From an uncultured bacterium (lineage in GTDB: Bacteria > CSSED10-310 > CAZUFC01), in NCBI GenBank assembly GCA_964619725.1, contig CAZUFC010000156.1, positions 1 to 17,595 on the forward strand: DNA of 17,595 nucleotides, written 5' to 3'. Made by a program: the position numbers and the translations under genes. How positions within the stretch are numbered: the first letter of the stretch is position 1; every line of letters starts with the position of its first letter. Positions 15,797-17,595 of the stretch are shown here, piece by piece. A model generated the notes under the pieces. The model was not told the DNA's origin and made no database searches. It saw nothing but the letters and a program-made list of their open reading frames with translations.

Positions 15797-17359
15797 TCAA
15801 TTGTCCCTCTTTGACTCCCTTAGTTCTTTCAAAAAAGTTTCCACTTCTTCTGGATTCTCTAAATAATAATCTGCAGCCGTCGTTCTGGGCTCATCTCTTA
15901 CAATGATGCCTATCCCCTTTCCCTTTATGGCCCGAAAAGCATTCTCATCCGTAATGTCGTCTCCGATATAGAGCGGAGTCGCTTCGGTCAATCCGAGCTC
16001 TTTCATCAGCAGTTTCAAAGCCTTACCTTTGTGCCAGTCGATTTTCGGCTGTAATTCATATACCTTTTTGCCGTGCGTTTTCTTCAATGTCGAATGTCTT
16101 TCCAGAACATCGTCGACGACCTCATCGACTTTACTCAGGTCGTCCGGCCGGACCGTTCGATAATGAACAGCAACAGAAACTTGTTTCCTTTCAATTAATG
16201 ATCCTTCAACACTCTTCAGCCCCTCTTTCAACTCCTTCTCAACTTCATCAACCGTCTTCACGTATTTCTTGCCCGCTTCCTGAAGCTCCGTCTTTCCTCC
16301 AGGCAAGCCGATTTCAAATCCATGACTACCGGAATATATTATTTCATCTATCCCCACCAGCGATTTTACGTCCGAAAGAGCTCGACCGCTGACTACGGCC
16401 ACTTTAAAACGTTTCGCCAGTTCCCGTACGGTTTCGCGCATACTGTCCGATATCCTGGCATACTCCGGCCTCTCCACGATGGGCGTCAATGTGCCGTCAT
16501 AATCAAGAAATATGGCGTTGCTTTCGCCCAGACGCCCTAAGATTTCTTCCTTCTTTTCAAGCGCCGAAGGCAAATCAGAAGTTATATTTTTCATCTCTTC
16601 TTTTGATTCCCCACTTAATTTGAAATTTATTTCGGAAATATCCTTCACAACTATATCAGCTCCATATTCTTTAAGTTTTTCTTTGTTTTCGTTCCTGTCA
16701 ATTCCCACGACCAGGCCGAATCCGCCTCGCCTGCCCGCTTCAACCCCCGATACGGCATCCTCGAACACTATTGATCTGTCCACAGCCGCATTCAGCCTGC
16801 GGGAAGCTTCAATAAACATATCAGACGCCGGCTTTCCCCACAAATTAAGCCGCGCCAGCTCCCTGCCGTCCACCTGCACAGGAAAAAGATCCTCCAGATT
16901 CGCCGCCTTCAATATGTAAGAGCAATTCTTGCTTGAAGACACAACCGCCACGGGTATGTCAGCCGATTTTGCCCTGCGCGCCAACTCCACCGTAGATTCA
17001 AAAACTTCCGGCTTTTTCTGATTCAATTCTTCCCTGAACAGCCGGTTCTTCCTGTTTCCCAATCCGCACACGGTCTCTTCGTCCGGAGAATCGTCAGGAC
17101 TCCCCCAATCCAACTCAATTCCCCGGGACTCAAGAAAACTCCTGACGCCATTATACCGCGGCTTGCCGTCAACATATCGACGGTAGTCGCTTCCTATGTC
17201 GAATGGTTCGTAATCCTTCCCTTCACGCCTGGAACGACGTTGCAGATACTCATCAAACATCTTTTTCCAGGCTGCAGCATGAACCGCCGCCGTGTCGGTT
17301 ATAACACCGTCCAAATCAAATATTAACGCATCATACTTGTTCAATGAAATTTCAAACAT
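15797..17359 (-). CDS. otsB: Two-domain HAD fusion: beta-phosphoglucomutase-like domain plus trehalose-6-phosphate phosphatase (OtsB)
   Basis: N-domain: FDLDGVITDTA, VSSSKN, GKPASD, FEDAVSGVEAG. C-domain: FLDYDGTLTPIV, VVSGR, GSHG, VHYR, KGKAL, YIGDDITDENAF. SD GAGGAGG at 17371-17377. Confidence 0.93.
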   Translation of the reverse strand: MFEISLNKYDALIFDLDGVITDTAAVHAAAWKKMFDEYLQRRSRREGKDYEPFDIGSDYRRYVDGKPRYNGVRSFLESRGIELDWGSPDDSPDEETVCGLGNRKNRLFREELNQKKPEVFESTVELARRAKSADIPVAVVSSSKNCSYILKAANLEDLFPVQVDGRELARLNLWGKPASDMFIEASRRLNAAVDRSIVFEDAVSGVEAGRRGGFGLVVGIDRNENKEKLKEYGADIVVKDISEINFKLSGESKEEMKNITSDLPSALEKKEEILGRLGESNAIFLDYDGTLTPIVERPEYARISDSMRETVRELAKRFKVAVVSGRALSDVKSLVGIDEIIYSGSHGFEIGLPGGKTELQEAGKKYVKTVDEVEKELKEGLKSVEGSLIERKQVSVAVHYRTVRPDDLSKVDEVVDDVLERHSTLKKTHGKKVYELQPKIDWHKGKALKLLMKELGLTEATPLYIGDDITDENAFRAIKGKGIGIIVRDEPRTTAADYYLENPEEVETFLKELRESKRDN

Positions 17360-17595
17360 CCAAAATCCAACCTCCTCGTAGACTTTTCACACCTTTCATC
17401 GACTCTTGCTGTTTTGATTAGCCCGATTAATCCATCCTCATAATGGGTCGGCGCCCTCAAATAGTAGAGCAAAATGCATACCATTCTGTAAAGAAAAACC
17501 TTATCGGTCCTATCCGATATGATTTTTAAATATGCTGAAGCTTCAGAAATCGTTAAAATAGGGTCAAAATCAGCCCAAATTTTTGGACAATCCAA

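Noticed and set aside
17341..17595. 84-aa ORF on the - strand at the right edge
   Set aside because: It overlaps the otsB start and SD and has no motifs. The region is AT-rich with small palindromes and looks like promoter DNA, although a gene entering from outside the window cannot be excluded.

Overview
Bacterial chromosomal window with about 12 protein genes. No rRNA, tRNA, CRISPR array or transposase could be supported. From left to right: (-) a secreted lamin-tail-domain protein with a long Pro/Thr/Ser repeat, running off the left edge and missing from the ORF track; (-) a pentapeptide-repeat protein with a C-terminal alpha/beta domain; (+) a histidine phosphatase; (+) ribosomal protein bL25/CTC (rplY) with a structured leader; (+) a GT-C (ArnT/PMT-like) membrane glycosyltransferase with TPRs; (+) a class I SAM methyltransferase; (+) a DUF2877 / FdrA-like / DUF1116 triad with yahEFG-like order and domain split (paralogous to the AllFGH oxamate carbamoyltransferase); (+) an asparagine-synthetase-B-like ligase with a degenerate glutaminase domain; and a convergent (-) operon encoding a beta-PGM/trehalose-6-phosphate phosphatase fusion and a GH65 phosphorylase. 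The most interesting candidate is the yahEFG-like module: it has altered signature motifs, no carbamate kinase or ureide genes nearby, and sits directly before the glutaminase-dead amide ligase. Other candidates are a possible OtsA-independent trehalose route, the pentapeptide fusion and a possible L25 leader RNA. All family assignments come from motifs recognised by eye and from recalled consensus sequences, not from database searches.
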